DNA of 64,000 nt from Octopus sinensis (Eukaryota), in assembly GCF_006345805.1 (NCBI RefSeq), contig NC_043001.1:372001-436000 (forward strand), read 5' to 3'. The translations under genes were made by a program, and so were the position numbers. The notes under the pieces were generated by a model that was not told the origin of the DNA, did no database searches, and saw only the letters and a list, made by a program, of their open reading frames with translations. Shown piece by piece: positions 26,439 through 40,195 of the stretch (its first letter is position 1; every line of letters starts with the position of its first letter).

Positions 26439-26758
26439 GGCTACATATGTTTCATAGCAAATGGAACCTCAGAAGTGGTAAATATCCAAGCGAGATGTAT
26501 ACCATGGGCTACACTTCAAGCCAAGGATATTTTGATTAAATGAAAGTTTACATTGTCGCAAAGAGCTACATGTTAATGCATGGAATCAGAACATCACATT
26601 CGGATTGAATCTTCCATATGTTAACATGTAGCTCTTTGTGACAATGTAAACTTTCATTTAATCAAGATATCTTTGGCTTCAAGTGTAGCCTGTGGTGTAC
26701 ATCTCGCTTAGATATTCACCACTTCTGAGGTTCCATTTGCTATGAAACATATGTAGCC
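26439..26758. repeat. Diverged fold-back inverted repeat (about 138-bp arms) with a degenerate HHR motif
   Basis: ggctacatatgtttcatagc... and ...gctatgaaacatatgtagcc; spacer about 44 bp. Confidence 0.9.
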
Positions 26759-26934
26759 CAGATTACTGTAAAATATAGAAAGAACTTTTTTCAGTTTATT
26801 GTACTTCGATACTAAAAAATTGCACGCCTTCCATCTCAATAAACCACTGTTGTCCCAGAAAGTTGTTTTTTATATTTACTACAGATTGCTTGAAGCTAAC
26901 CTTCTACACCTCGATCCCTGGATCTTATATATAT

Positions 26935-27095
26935 GATGGGTTTCTTTCAGTTTCCATCTGCCAAATTCACTCACAAAGCTTCTGGTTGGCCTGGGTCTGT
27001 TGTAGAAAACATACCCTCTGTCTCAAGCAGTGCAATGGAACCTGGAACCATGTTGTTTGGAGGCAAATCTCTTAACCACACCACCATGCCTCCAT
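26935..27095 (-). mobile_element. tRNA-derived SINE (cephalopod type), degenerate
   Basis: Minus strand ggcatggtggtgtggttaag...ggttccaggttc...ggaaactgaaagaaaccc; same family as 57825-57980. Confidence 0.75.
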
Positions 27096-28690
27096 ATACA
27101 GATATGTGTTTGTGCATGTGTGTATGTATAAGTGTGCACATATGTTTGTTTGTGTGTGTGTATGCACGTGTATCATCATCATTTAACATCTACTTTCCAT
27201 GCTAGCATGGGTTGGTTGCTTTGACAGGAGTTGGCATGCCAGAGGACTACGTTCAGTTTTACTGCCTACTGTGTGTGTGTGTGGAGCACAATGACTGTAA
27301 AGTTTAGATGTTCTGCGACCGTTTGCATGACGTTAAGTCTTGAGGCAACTAAATCTGCCTGCTCTGAAGAAGACATCATGAAATGTTGAATAAATGCATG
27401 GTTAAGAGAAGACTTTGAACTTTTTACTCCTCACAGCAACTGAACTTATCCAACATAACACAAATGCTCACTTTAATTTATTGTTACTGTTGCAGGACCG
27501 CTCTTATTTCTTTGGATCCTGGACTATATTGCTTGCTCCAATTTAATTGATGTAAGGAAAGAAAAAAAATGAGAAAATAATGGTTTCACTCCTACTTCAT
27601 AGCTAACAGGTTAGTTATAAGAAATTCATCAAGCTGCAAATTGCCCTAATAAACAATTCCACCCATGCAAGTATGGAAAAAAATGAATGGAAAACAATAA
27701 TTACATCTAAATATGTGGGTGCATGTGTGTTAGTAGATATATGTGTGTGTGTGTACATATGTGAGTGTGTGTTTGCTCTTATTCGTATTTCTTTGTTTTT
27801 GTGTTAAGACAAACACGATTTAATATTCTCTGTTTTTGCTTAAGATGGCAGATCAGCTGAATCATTAGCACATTGGACAAAATGCTTAGCTTCTGTCTAA
27901 TAAAAATCCTTTTGGTTCAAAATGTCTGTATGAACTCTTTCCAAATATATAACGGCTAATGTCTTGGTAGGCAGTGGCAGAGGGCCAAAGACAACACTAT
28001 ATAGAACAGAACTGGAAAGAAGAAAGTCCTTCCCAGCTTCTTACTTGAACTGCAGCTGGATAGTCATCCAACAGGCTAATTCTGCTCTTCTTTTATTCAA
28101 GCTTCATTCTAATAAAGAATAATTCGACAACTGATGCCTCATCACACAAATGGCTAAACCTGATGTAGTTACTTTTCTCATTTTTTAAGCTCTTATAGAA
28201 ATTAATAGTCAATTTTTGGAAATACAAATTATTATAATTTCTTGATACATAAGCAATTAGTTGTGCATTCTATGGAAACATTTTCTGGTAATCTATATAA
28301 GTGAATAGATGTTTGGCAAGAATTGTTGTCTTTCACCTTTGGCTTCGCTTGATCTGACACAATTACACAACTCTTGTGAAGCCACATTATTTGCTTCATT
28401 GGCAATCTGACAGAAGAACATGTTCTACTGGTAGTTTACACAGCTTAAGGCACTTTTTCCCACACCTATACTTGTTCGCTGCCAAGTCAATAGCATTAGG
28501 AAAAGCAAAATAGCTACTATTACTTTGGTTTTTGAGAAACAGGCACCTTCAAAACCATATTCACTGCCTTCAACTAGCAGAGCTTAAACTGGTGTCGTGA
28601 CAGTCTAAGTGGATTCAATATAATTGATTATAACTTGAAGGGCTAAAATTTGTGACCCTGTTAGAACTTGTTTGCAGAATTAGTATAGTC

Positions 28691-29203
28691 ATCATCATCA
28701 TCGTTTAACGTCTGCTTTCCATGCTAGCATGGGTTGGACAATTTTGACTGAGGGCTGGCAAACCAGATGGCTGCACCAGGCTCCAATCTTGATCTGGCAA
28801 AGTTTCTACAACTGGATGCCCTTCCTAACGCCAACCACTCAGAAAGTGTAGTGGGTGCTTTTACGTGCCACCGGCACGGGAGCCAGTCAGGCAGTACTGG
28901 CTGTTCATACACATGCGTCATACAGTCTACCTCTTACTCTGAGCGAGAGGCCTTTTGTAACCAGCAGATGTAAGAGCTCTCCCTCTACCCTGAATTCTTC
29001 AGTGTACTCGTTGCCAAACCTCACCTTCCTGACAGCGTCCCTGTACATGACTTGCACAGCTCTCACTAACCATTCATCTATCCCTAGTTTCCTCATTGAC
29101 CACCAGATAAGGGATCGGGGGACCCTGTCAAAGGCTTTCTCCATGTCAACGAAAGCCAGGTACCGGGGCTTATCTTTGGCTAGGTATTTCTCCTGCAGCT
29201 GGC
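28691..29203 (-). mobile_element. RTE LINE 3' end plus an internally deleted ORF fragment
   Basis: (GAT)n tail, cacccactacact..ggaagggcatccag UTR; MEKAFDRVPRSLIWW joined to LLVTKGLSLRV. Confidence 0.88.
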
Positions 29204-29854
29204 GATAGAATTAATACCTTGTGGTAACTAGTTACATCCCTTTATATTCTGAATTCTAATCTTTCTGGAGTCAATATCATACCAGTTAAGTACTGAGATT
29301 GATATCATTGGCTCTTCTTTTGAACCTCCAAAATTTATGACCTTGTAGCTATGTTAGAAGTCTTTTCTCTGCCTAATAACAATGGTGAAGGAAGTTGTAT
29401 TGTGGTTGTGATTAAAAGGGTTGGGAATATGTCTTTTCATCTCTGGCAAACTCCTTTGGTGCCATTTCAGAAAGGTAAAAAAGGTGGAGAAGGAGGTGCT
29501 AACATTCAGTATATGTTTTATCAAAGGTGGGCAAGATTGATGTTAAATGAGTCCCTTTTGATCATGTGACTGAAAGCAGGAGAGAAGAAGAGAGCACTTT
29601 TGATGCCTCTGATGCAGCAGAGTAATCTAGGACTTTGTGTGAAGTTTTTCTGCCACACCATACTTCATAGGCTTTTTTTTTTTGTCCTACCGATGTCAGA
29701 GTGGTTGATAAAATTTATAAGACAAGTTTCCTTATTGACCTGTTATGTTTGATTGACACATTAAGAGAAAATGAAGGAGCATCAAATTTGACAAACTATC
29801 ACAAGTTGAAGTAGGAAATCATAAGGATGTGGAAAATGAAGAAGGTAACTATTG

Positions 29855-30275
29855 TTCTGGCATGGGGTGGATAATTTGACCAGGGCTGGTGAGCTGAAGG
29901 ACTGCACCAGGTTCCAGTCTGATTTGTCATGGTTTCTATGGCTGGATGGCCTTCCTAATGACAACCACTCCAAGAGTGTAATGGGTGCTTTTACAAGCCA
30001 GTGGCATAACACCAGTATCTGCCATGACTATGATTTCACTTGGCCTGATGGGTCTTCTTCTCTAGCACAGCATAATGCCAAAGGTCTCAGTTGTTTGTCA
30101 CTGCTTTTGCAAGGCCCAACGCTTGAAAGGTGCTTTTTACGTGCCATTAGCACGGGTGCCAGTTATGTGACACTGACAACGGCCACAACTATGGTTTCAC
30201 TTGTCTTGATAGATCTTCTCTGTGAGGCCCAACTTTGAAGATCATGTTTCACCACCTCATCCCATGTCTTCTTGG
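29855..30275 (-). mobile_element. Old RTE LINE 3' fragment
   Basis: Similarity to the RTE 3'UTR and ORF end seen at 33345-34386. Confidence 0.75.
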
Positions 30276-31219
30276 ATCTCAGGGTGACTCAGAGGGGTGA
30301 GAAGCTGATGCCTGGCCTGGATCCTGATTCTCATAAGTCTGATTTCCTTCCTCAACAATATGAAAGTCACTTGAAATTATACATACTGTTAGCAGTTTGC
30401 ATGCCAGAGTGGATAGGAAGGGGCCTATATCCTCCTGATAGCTTCCGTACAACTGTCAAGTATATTTCAAACATAGTTTGCATCAGCAATCTTTCTGATG
30501 AGTCTTCTTTAAACTCTGTCCTAATTTCTTCACAACCAGCAAATTTTCAGTTTGGTTCACCTGTTGCATTTCATTCAAGAAAGTCATGGTTTCCAAGGAG
30601 GGGAGTGATGCTTTGATTTTGAAGTCTTCTAAGAATTTCTCTGCTGGTCCTGTATGATTTCCCTTAATAGGACTTCTTTTCTCAGGAACTTTATTTTGGT
30701 TTCTAGCGCTATCCCAGATAATTTTCACTCTCTGTGTTCTCACCGAAAGATGAAGTGGTGCTGCTGAGAAGTGGAAGAGCTTGGCCTCTTGGTTTTTGAC
30801 TGCTTGTTTGTTGGTTTCCTGGTTGTCAGCTTCTGGTTTTGAGAAAGAGATAAGTCTTGGAGCTGTGACTGTTGTATCCTGTAAATATTAGCTCCTGGGA
30901 CCTGCTATTGTGGTTGCTTGCTCTACTGTTTGCCATCCTCTTTCTTTATTTTACCAGTTCCCTTGAGCAGTTAGTCCCCAAATGATCCTTACTCTCACAC
31001 AATTAGTGGTGGCTATATTTTCTGTTTTGCACTGCCTCTCTCAGAGCCTTTCCTTTTAATTCCATGATGGAGTGTAGTTCTGAAATGTCCCTGTGGTTTA
31101 CTGAGTAACATCTATAGGACATTCCAATAAGTAGATTACCTCCTTTGGCTAGGTAGCTCTCCATACAGATAATTCTACTTCTGCAGACTACCCACGCCAT
31201 TGTTGTTAATGTCACATCA

Positions 31220-31756
31220 TATGAATATTAAATGAATCGGGTTAAAGAATTATTTGCGATTACATGGACAGAATGTTACTGGAAACAAGGTGGATTTTGT
31301 TGAAAGGTTAAAAGGTATTAAAATTCTTTCCATAAAGAATGTCAATGAATTAGAATCAACAGACGAGAGAAGTGTACTTCAGACAGGAATTAGCAGAAAC
31401 TTGTATCTCCTCTCGGTGAAATTTTACCTGATCCTAAGGTGCTGAAATCAGATTGGATTCAATATCTTCATAAGTTGCCCAACTTTACGGATAATGACAT
31501 TTACAACTACCTCATGCTATGGAGGAAGGCAAAGCGACAGTTAAGGAGTAGCATATTTTACCATGACAGACATGTCCACAACATTGAATATCACTATGTA
31601 ACTGAAAACTACTTTCACTGCATTGTTCAGTGTCTGGTAATCCCGTTAATACCAACATCTAACAAAAAGAACAATCCTGATTGCAGAGTGTTAAAGGTCA
31701 CTGGCAATGTGCATTTAGCTGATTGCAACTGCACTACAGGGAAAGAGCCTGCTTAA
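31220..31756 (+). pseudogene. DNA-transposon accessory gene relic (SAP-like motif + SWIM-finger region)
   Basis: LRLHGQNVTGNKVDFVERL (SAP-like); LPNFTDNDIYNYL..TGNVHLADCNCTTG (start of SWIM CxC). Confidence 0.55.
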
Positions 31757-31923
31757 TTATTTTGACTTTTTTCCCTTGTATAATAAGTTGTATTTTTTAT
31801 GGATGTAAGTAAATAAATGTATAATTAAAACAGTAAATAACACTTAATTTTGAATTTTTTTTATCCCTATCATATTTATCAAATACAAATGCACACTCAC
31901 ATACACATATCTCTGAAATTTAT

Positions 31924-32184
31924 CTAATAAACAGATGGCAAGGGTCCATTAGAATTGAGGAAATGCTCGGACCAAATCTGGCTATTTGCAGTGTAAAAAA
32001 AGTCTTTCCTCCTAAGTCTCAATCTCTGAAGCCAAATACAATGAATAGCAACGTTTGTAGTGTATCTGTGAAGTAAAATAACTTTGCCGTCTACATTCTT
32101 CCCTCTATAATTGCTGCATATCACCAGTTGCCTAATGAGCCAAGGGCAATGCCCTTGACTGTAACTTTTGTATTCTACAGTCAT
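31924..32184 (-). pseudogene. THAP zinc-finger relic
   Basis: ICSN..VILLHRY..IWLQRLRL..SQIWSEHF matches the THAP pattern (HRFP..W..ICSxHF). Confidence 0.6.
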
Positions 32185-33344
32185 TTCTGATTGAGAAGAC
32201 TCATGTTCAAAGAAATTCCAGTCCTGTAACCACCCTGTCTTTTATTTAGGACTATATTGTGTTTAATGTGCCCTCTTTCCAAGATAGTAATGTATAATTT
32301 GAGGCTGGTTTGGCTTCCACATCTAGTAGGTTGGTAGACTCTCAAAAAAGCTTCCTCGTTAGTCTGTCTGAGTAGAGGTTAGATTGATTATTGTAATATT
32401 TTCTAATTTATCCTTCTTGTAGTTTGTTTTTATGCTATTCCCTGATAGATTTTGGAATTACTCTACTCTACTCGGTAGCTCACTTTTTCTATAATGAACT
32501 CACTTTTACCATCATTATCATTGCTTTTGCACCATGTTGGCATGGATTAGTTATGGCATGGACATGAGTGCAGACTTAGCTATAGGTCAAGATGCTTATT
32601 CTACAGTCTCTTAGTTTGATGTTCAATCCCAAATCCTGATGCCTTGGACGAGTATTTTCAACTGCAGCCTATGATTGGTTCAAGCCTCATGAGTAAAATT
32701 TCATAAATGGAAATTGTATGGAGGCTCACTGAATTGTACCTCTTCTTGGCAGTCTTAATTCATTGGCTGATTTAACACACTGCTCTACCTCTCAAGTATC
32801 TTTATCAGAAACCACTGTAAAAAGCCACATGTACTGCTCCTCCAATTAAATTCAGTAAAAACAAAAATTATGTATAGCAGTTACCATGATCCTTTGTCTG
32901 TGAGGATCAGCAGCCCGCCATATCATTTTCCTCTCTCTTCCTGTCTTCTTTGCATATCCTCTAATATCAGTATATATGATTTTTTTAAAATAGCATTTCT
33001 TGTTTACATACATTACAGTTTGATATTATTTTTGTCTCTTTTGTACAAACCAGATGATGTTTCTAATGCTCACCAATACTTGATTCCATCTTTTCTTTAC
33101 AAAACCGTTTGGCTGAAGATATATGGAAGATATTGTGGCAGGGCTAAATTTTTAGCACATTCATCTCTTAAGATATGATGGAATTAATTGTTCCTTACTG
33201 AGCTAAACAATCTTTATAGTAAAGCAGATTATGTTTCAGATGCAAATTAGATTTTCATTGCTGGTTGAAATGAGTAAAATAGATTTGGTTGTAGATATTC
33301 TGTAACATAATTTAAAAAAAATATGTTGATATATAACTGACACC

Positions 33345-34386
33345 ACAGATACTCAGAAAACAGATTCCATCACACTCCAGGGGTAGAAACTAGAAGTAGT
33401 TGATAGATTCCACTACCTAGGTGACCAAGTTAGTAGTGGAGGTGGATGCTCAGAGAGTGTCACCACTAGAATAAGAATAGCCTGGGCAAAGTTTAGAAAA
33501 CTCCTACCCCTACTGGTGGCAAAGGGTCTCTCGCTCAGAGTGAAATGTAGATTGTATGACACATGTGTGCGAACTGCCATACTTCATGGTAGTGAAACAT
33601 GGGCTAAGACTGCAGAGGACAGGTGCAGGCTTGAAAGAAATGAAGCTAGTGTGATCCGCTGGATGTATAATGTCAGTGTGCATGCACGACAGAGTGTAAG
33701 CACCCTGAGAGAAATGCTAGACATAAGAAGCATCAGATGCGGTGTGCAAGAGCGACGCTTGCGATGGTATGGTCATGTACTGCGGATGGATGAGGAGAAA
33801 TGTGTGAAGAAGCGCCAATCCGAAACAGTTGAATGAATCCAGGGTAGAGGTAAACCCAGGAAGACTTGGGATGAGGTGGTCAACCATGACCTTCGAACAT
33901 TGGGCTTCACAGAGGCAATGGCAAAAGACCGAGACCTCTGGAGATATGCTGTGACTGCGAAGACCCGACAAATAACATGAGTCCATGGCTGTTTCCTGCA
34001 CAGCAGCCCCAGCCTATCCAAAGTACCTTGGATCGTAGGGTGACCTGCTGTGTTTGAGGAGACCTATTGAGTCAAGTACATCAACATCAAAATAAAAATC
34101 AAATGGAAATTGTAGTTGTGATACTCATGCTGGTGGCACGTAAAAAGCACCAACTGATCGTGGCCTTTGCCAACCTCCCCTGACACCTATACTGGTGGCA
34201 CGTAAAAAGCACCCACTACACTCATGGAGTGGTTGGTGTTAGGAAGGGCATTCATCTGTAGAAACACTGCCAGATCAGACTGGAGCCTGGTGCAGCCTCC
34301 TGGCTTCCCAGACCCCGGTCAAACCGTCCAACCCATGCTAGCATTGAAAACGGACATTAAACAATGATGATGATGATGATGATGAT
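33345..34386 (+). mobile_element. RTE LINE 3' part
   Basis: GSETW, RRLRWYGHVLRM, conserved 3'UTR, (GAT)n tail. Confidence 0.92.
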
Positions 34387-34933
34387 AACTGAAAGGGAAC
34401 ACATCCAGAGTTGTCGTCCTCAGCAAAATAAAAAGGAATAAAACTGAAAGAGTCCTCATGTATTCACATTAATTTTGGTTTACAGTTCAAAATTTCCATA
34501 GCAACCTTATGTATGTTTACATATTTTAAGAAGGATAGCATATTTGGTTATCTTCGAAAATTCTGTAACTTTGAACATATTGTTGATTATCACAAAAATG
34601 TTTAAAAACTGTTAAAGCTAGACACAGATTATGGTTGCTATGTGTTATTGCAAAACTTAAATGTAATTGCTATAATGCTGCAAATATTCAATGTCAAAGT
34701 TGTAAAAGTAAAATAATTGAAGATTTTCTTAACGATAATCAACTTTGTCTCTCGTGCTTTGATATCAAATGGATTATGATGTCAGAAATCCTAATACTTG
34801 ACTTGTATGTTGAGTACAAAATAGTTTGTGAAAAAAAACATTTAACACTAAAGCTTCTGGGACTTTACCACTTATTTTACACAAAGTAAGGCAAAGTGGA
34901 GTACAATGTTAGCACTGTTTTAAAGCAAAGGAT

Positions 34934-35313
34934 GGCAGAGGTGAAGGACATGGATGGCATCCCCTTTCAGTTTTTGTTTTTGCTGCAGAAATCGAATCAG
35001 CAAAAACAGTGGTATTTCAACATTTGAATTTTACCCCACCCCACCCACACACACCCCAATTTTTCATTTTTTAAAGAAATTTTTGGGTGAAATACGTAGA
35101 AAAATACAGAGATTGTGATTCTGAAAAAAAAATTTTGTGAAATTTCAATTTTTCCAAAAATAAAAAGAATAAATAAACACCCCTCCCCTCCCACTAAAAT
35201 AGCAGATGTAAAAAGTTTCTAAACAGAAAACTTGCAAGTCGTGAAAGGGGGTTTCTGTAGAATCTCCCCACCAACACCAAAAGGGAGTGTGGTCCATGTC
35301 CTTTACCTCTGCC
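34934..35313. mobile_element. MITE with about 33-bp TIRs and an 8-bp TSD (Merlin-like)
   Basis: TIRs ggcagaggtgaaggacatgga.. / ..tccatgtcctttacctctgcc; CAAAGGAT at 34926-34933 and 35314-35321. Confidence 0.85.
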
Positions 35314-36156
35314 CAAAGGATGGGTTAGTAGGATCGTTTGTTCTTTGGCAGGGAAAGCCAACGATGAACATATATTATGTAACTACCCTTATTTTTTAGT
35401 TACTCAGGGAAGCAGATGGCATCACTGAAGAAGTAAACAGTATGGCTAACTACATGTAGTTAATAATTTGAATAAGCAGTTTTAGTTTTCTATGGTAACC
35501 AGTGTACCAGATTGTACATTTACTTTGTGGTTCTCTCATCACTTCTTCAGCAAACCTTTGCTCACTGATGAGATCTAGTGAGGCTAGCATATGAACCTGT
35601 CTTCTATACTTACCAAAATAATTATATATGACAACTAGTATTGATTAGGATTTCTTTTTCTTCCCTGTATAATTATTTCCTGTAAACTTAACATAAGGTT
35701 AACTTTCATAGAACAAATTTTGAGATTCTATAAAAAATTTCTGCAAAATGCTAATCATAACTTGTCTGGTTTTTCAGGCTTTAAGTGATATGGAGTGTCA
35801 TGAATTGAATTCAAAGAATAAAGGAAAATAATGAGGATAATAATTACCTATCAGCAGGACCAGGTACATCAGTTAAGCCTGGTCTGGAAACATAGTCATA
35901 AGGTTGAGATGTCATACTGCCCTCCCTGTTACTGGGGTCCATATAATAGGGTTCTGTGTAGAGTATATGTGCGTTGTTGTTACTCTGAAAGTGAAAGAAA
36001 AACAAGTGAATTATTAGCAAAAGTTTACTCCTACAGAAACACATGTGTGTGTGCCTACAAAATACTTATGTAATGAACAAACTGGAATTGAAAAATGTGT
36101 AATATGAAAATGTTTAACTGTTGATAGTAGTATATATGTATGTATATATATATATA

Positions 36157-36303
36157 CAGGGAGAGTTTATGAAAAAAACAAAAGACGAAGACAGGTAGTG
36201 TACAAAACAAACAGATGTCTTAGGATGCTCAGGAATAGAAAAAGTCTTTTACGTTTCGAACCTACACTCTTCTACAGAAAGGGACACAGAAAAAAACAAG
36301 GAG
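36157..36303 (-). mobile_element. Short TA-flanked element with a degenerate minimal HHR-like motif
   Basis: Minus strand ctgtagaagagtgtaggttcGAAACGTAaaag at 36244-36281. Confidence 0.5.
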
Positions 36304-36334
36304 TATATATTTGTGTATATATATCTGTGTATGC

Positions 36335-36370
<36 letters not shown>

Positions 36371-36371
<1 letters not shown>

Positions 36372-36770
36372 AAAATCAAAATCAAATTCGATGACTGGCA
36401 TCTGTGCTAGCGGGGTGCAAAGAGCATCATACGAGTGTGATCATTGACAGAGCGGCTAACCAGCTTCCGTGCCAGTGGCACTTAAAAGGCACCATTCGAG
36501 TGTGATCGTTACCAGCGTCGCCTTACTGGCACCTGTGCCATGTGTAAAAGATTCGAACGAGGTCGTTGCCAGTACCGCCTGACTGGCACTTAAAAGCACC
36601 CACTACACTCTCGGAGTGGTTGGCGTTAGGAAGGGCATCCAGCTGTAGAAACTCTGCCAGATCAAGATTGAAGCCTAGTGCAGCCATCTGGTTCGCCAGC
36701 CCTTAGTCAAAATCGTCCAACCCATGCTAGCATGGAAAGTGGACATTAAATGATGGTGATGATGATGATT
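36371..36770 (+). mobile_element. RTE LINE 3'UTR fragment
   Basis: cacccactacactctcggagtggttggcgttaggaagggc...gatgatgat. Confidence 0.88.
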
Positions 36771-36781
36771 ATGTATGTATA

Positions 36782-36825
<44 letters not shown>

Positions 36826-36861
36826 TATGTATATATATATGTATATATAGAAGTATGTATA

Positions 36862-37883
36862 TTTGATTTTTTTTTATTAGATTTTTTGATTTTTCAGTTT
36901 CAGCTCATGAGCTGTGGCCATGCTGGGGCACCGCCATTTGGTTTGCTACATGATTTTACCTCACGAATGCTTTTTAGCAACTGCCATTTGGTGCATGAGA
37001 GAGTTCGATGCAGCTGCCCTCATCTGCACCTCCTGCTGTGAAGTTGGTTCATCCGGGACACCTGACAGGAAGAGATCCAGTCCTACTTTAAAGACATCTG
37101 CATCTACTCCATGCAGGTCCCTCAGGTTCTTCGGGAGGATATTGAAGAGCTGTGGGCCTCTGCAGCTCAGGCTATAACAGTATCTTGTCCTACATCATGA
37201 TGGCAAATTTGGAGTCCTTGGTACCACGCAGTGGTGCCCGGTTCTGGCATTTGTGTGACTCTCGATGCCAAAGTTTGGGACAAGTCCTTCCAGGATCTTC
37301 CAGATATATATTATGGCATATCTTTCTCGCCTACGCTCCAAGGAATAGAGTTTTAATCTCTTGAGTCTTTCCCAGTAGCTTATATGCTGCACAGAGGCTA
37401 TCTTCTTCGTGTAGCTTCGTTGGATCGCCTCAAGTTCTGTGATCAACTTGACACTGGATGGTGACCATAGCTGAGAGCAATAGTCAAAGTGGCTTAGGAC
37501 AAGTGTCTTCCAGAGGACCATCATGGTTTCTTGTTCTCTTGTTCTAAAGGTTCTAAGAATCCATCCGGCCAGCCGTCTACATTTCATTGCCAGTTTAGCA
37601 ACATGTACATGAAAGGTTGCGTCATCACTCATGTGAATACCCAGGTCACACACTGATTATGCCTCTGGGATTGCAATCCCTCCGGGTCCAGTGTATTCGT
37701 TGGGTATTGCATTCAGTTTTGCATGCTGATAGTATAAAGCTTGAAACTTTTCAGCATTGAACTGCATGTTATTCTTTTCAGCCCACTTGTATATTTTGTC
37801 CAGCTCACATTGCAGGTGCTTAGTGTCTTCAGGGTTCTGTATTGCCTGTGAAACTTTTGTATCATCTGCATAACTTGTGATCG
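36862..37883 (-). mobile_element. CR1-group LINE family B 3' fragment ((AAAATC)n-type tail)
   Basis: YADDTK, DYCSQLWSP; 3'UTR as in 10127 and 14177. Confidence 0.92.
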
Positions 37884-37985
37884 TATATATATATGTATAT
37901 ATATATATATATGTATATATGTATATATATATATGTATATATGTATATATATATATATATGTATATATGTATATATATATATGTA

Positions 37986-38176
37986 TTGGCACGTAAAAAG
38001 CACCCACTACACTCACGGAGTGGTTGGCGTTAGGAAGGGCATCCAGCTGTAGAAACATTGCCAAATTAGACTGGAGCCTGGTGCAGCCTTCTGGCTTCCC
38101 AGAACCCCGGTCGAACCGTCCAACCCATGCTAGCATGGAGAACGGACGTTAAACGACGATGATGATGATGATGATG
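37986..38176 (+). mobile_element. RTE 3'UTR fragment
   Basis: Conserved UTR and (GAT)n tail. Confidence 0.88.
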
Positions 38177-38207
<31 letters not shown>

Positions 38208-38290
38208 GTATGTATATATATATGTATGGATATATGTATATATGTATATATATATATATATGCATATATGTATATATATATGTATATATG

Positions 38291-38323
<33 letters not shown>

Positions 38324-38362
38324 GTATATATGTATATATATATATGTATATATGTATATATA

Positions 38363-38429
<67 letters not shown>

Positions 38430-38450
38430 GTATATATGTATATATGTATA

Positions 38451-38536
<86 letters not shown>

Positions 38537-38538
<2 letters not shown>

Positions 38539-40144
38539 TTCCCTGCTTGTGTCTTGAAGATGTGTCAAAACCAACTTGCACCCCCTCTAGCCAATCTGTG
38601 GCGGAACTCATTGGATGCTGGATATATACCAGAAGACCTTCTATCCCAGTCTGTTGTCCCAGTTTTCAAAAAAGGAAACAAATCGCTTGCCGTGAATTAC
38701 CGTCCAATCTCACTCACCTCTCATATCATCAAGGTATTTGAGAGGGTGCTGAGATCGCGTATGACTCACTTCCTTGAGAGTCATAATATGCTGAACCCCA
38801 ACCAGCATGGATTCCGTAATGGGAGAGATTGCCTGACGCAGCCACTGCATCATTTTGATGACATTTTGAGAGCCTTGGGAGAGGGTTCCAACACTGATGT
38901 CATCTACCTTGATTTCAGCAAGGCCTTTGACAGGGTTGATCATAAGATCCTTCTGAGAAAGCTGTCCAATATTGGTGTCACTGGAAAGCTGCTGCAATGG
39001 ATCAAGTGCTTCCTCTCTAACAGAACCCAACATGTTGTAGTCGAAGGAGTCAAATCCAGCCCAGCCAAAGTCAGCAGTGGTGTCCCACAAGGCACTGTGT
39101 TGGGCCCACTTCTCTTCATCATCTACATAAATGATATTACTGACACCATCAAACACAGCAACATCAGAACCTTCGCTGATGATTCCAAGCTCCAGAAGGT
39201 CATCAATGGCGTGGATGACCGAATAAACCTTCAGTCAGACCTACTGGCTGTTGTCCAATGGGTGGAAAAGAATAACATGTTGCTAAATGAAGACAAATTC
39301 GAACTGATCCACTTTGGAAGGGAGGACGCTCTGAAACTCCCATACTCTCTTCCTTCTGGAGAAATTCTCATGGCATCCAACAACATCAGAGACCTGGGAG
39401 TAACAGTGGACAACAACATAAGCTGGGCTACACATATAAGCAGCAAAGTTGACATGGCCCGCAGAATGTGTTCCTGGATTCTCAGAACCTTCCAGTCGAG
39501 AGATTCCCACGCTATTATCCTTCTCTTCTCCACTTTTGCCCGACCCCACCTTGAATACTGCTGTCCACTGTGGTCTCCCTACACAAAACAAAATATTATG
39601 AGAATTGAAGCTCCCCAAAGGTCAATCACAAAAAAGATAGATGGCATGTCAGACCTTGACTACTGGGGTAGACTAGAGAAGCTGAAATTGTATTCACTCC
39701 AACGACGCCGTGAACGCTACATTATCTGTATGATGTGGAAAATATTCCATCAGCACTGTCCGAATGATGTTGGCATCACCTTCAAAATGCATCCAAGGCT
39801 TGGACCACGTGCCATCCGTCCACAACAAAAATCTAAATCGCATCACATAACGACAATACGGCACAACTATTTCACCTCAATTGGACCCGCTCTCTTCAAC
39901 ATTACACCAGGACACGTCAAAAAAGAAACTGACCACACAAAATTCAAGAAGTCTTTGGACAAATTCCTTCAAACAGTACCGGACAAACCACCCACACCCG
40001 GATATGTCTCCGCAAACAATAACTCTCTGCTCGAATGGGCCTTGGTGCCCAAATCCTGAACTGAAAGACTTCGCCAGGTGGTGCTATTAAGTTAGACATG
40101 GCCTGGGCCAATACTGGCCAAAAACCTTTCTAAGTTATTCTAAG

Positions 40145-40146
<2 letters not shown>
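38537..40146 (+). mobile_element. CR1-group LINE, family A-related subfamily; open RT to C-terminus, 5'-truncated
   Basis: Uninterrupted frame RFPACVLK...EWALVPKS* (to 40059); tail (TAAGTTATTC)n. Confidence 0.94.

Positions 40147-40191
<45 letters not shown>

Positions 40192-40195
<4 letters not shown>

Noticed and set aside
27360-27395. ctgaagaagacatcatgaaatgtt as a hammerhead
   Set aside because: No convincing stem II; at most a very decayed relic.
30495-30520. ctgatgagtc motif
   Set aside because: No matching gac-GAAA downstream.
35568-35605. ctgatga gatctag..ctagcat atgaacctgtc as a hammerhead
   Set aside because: GAAA and stems I and III are not properly formed.
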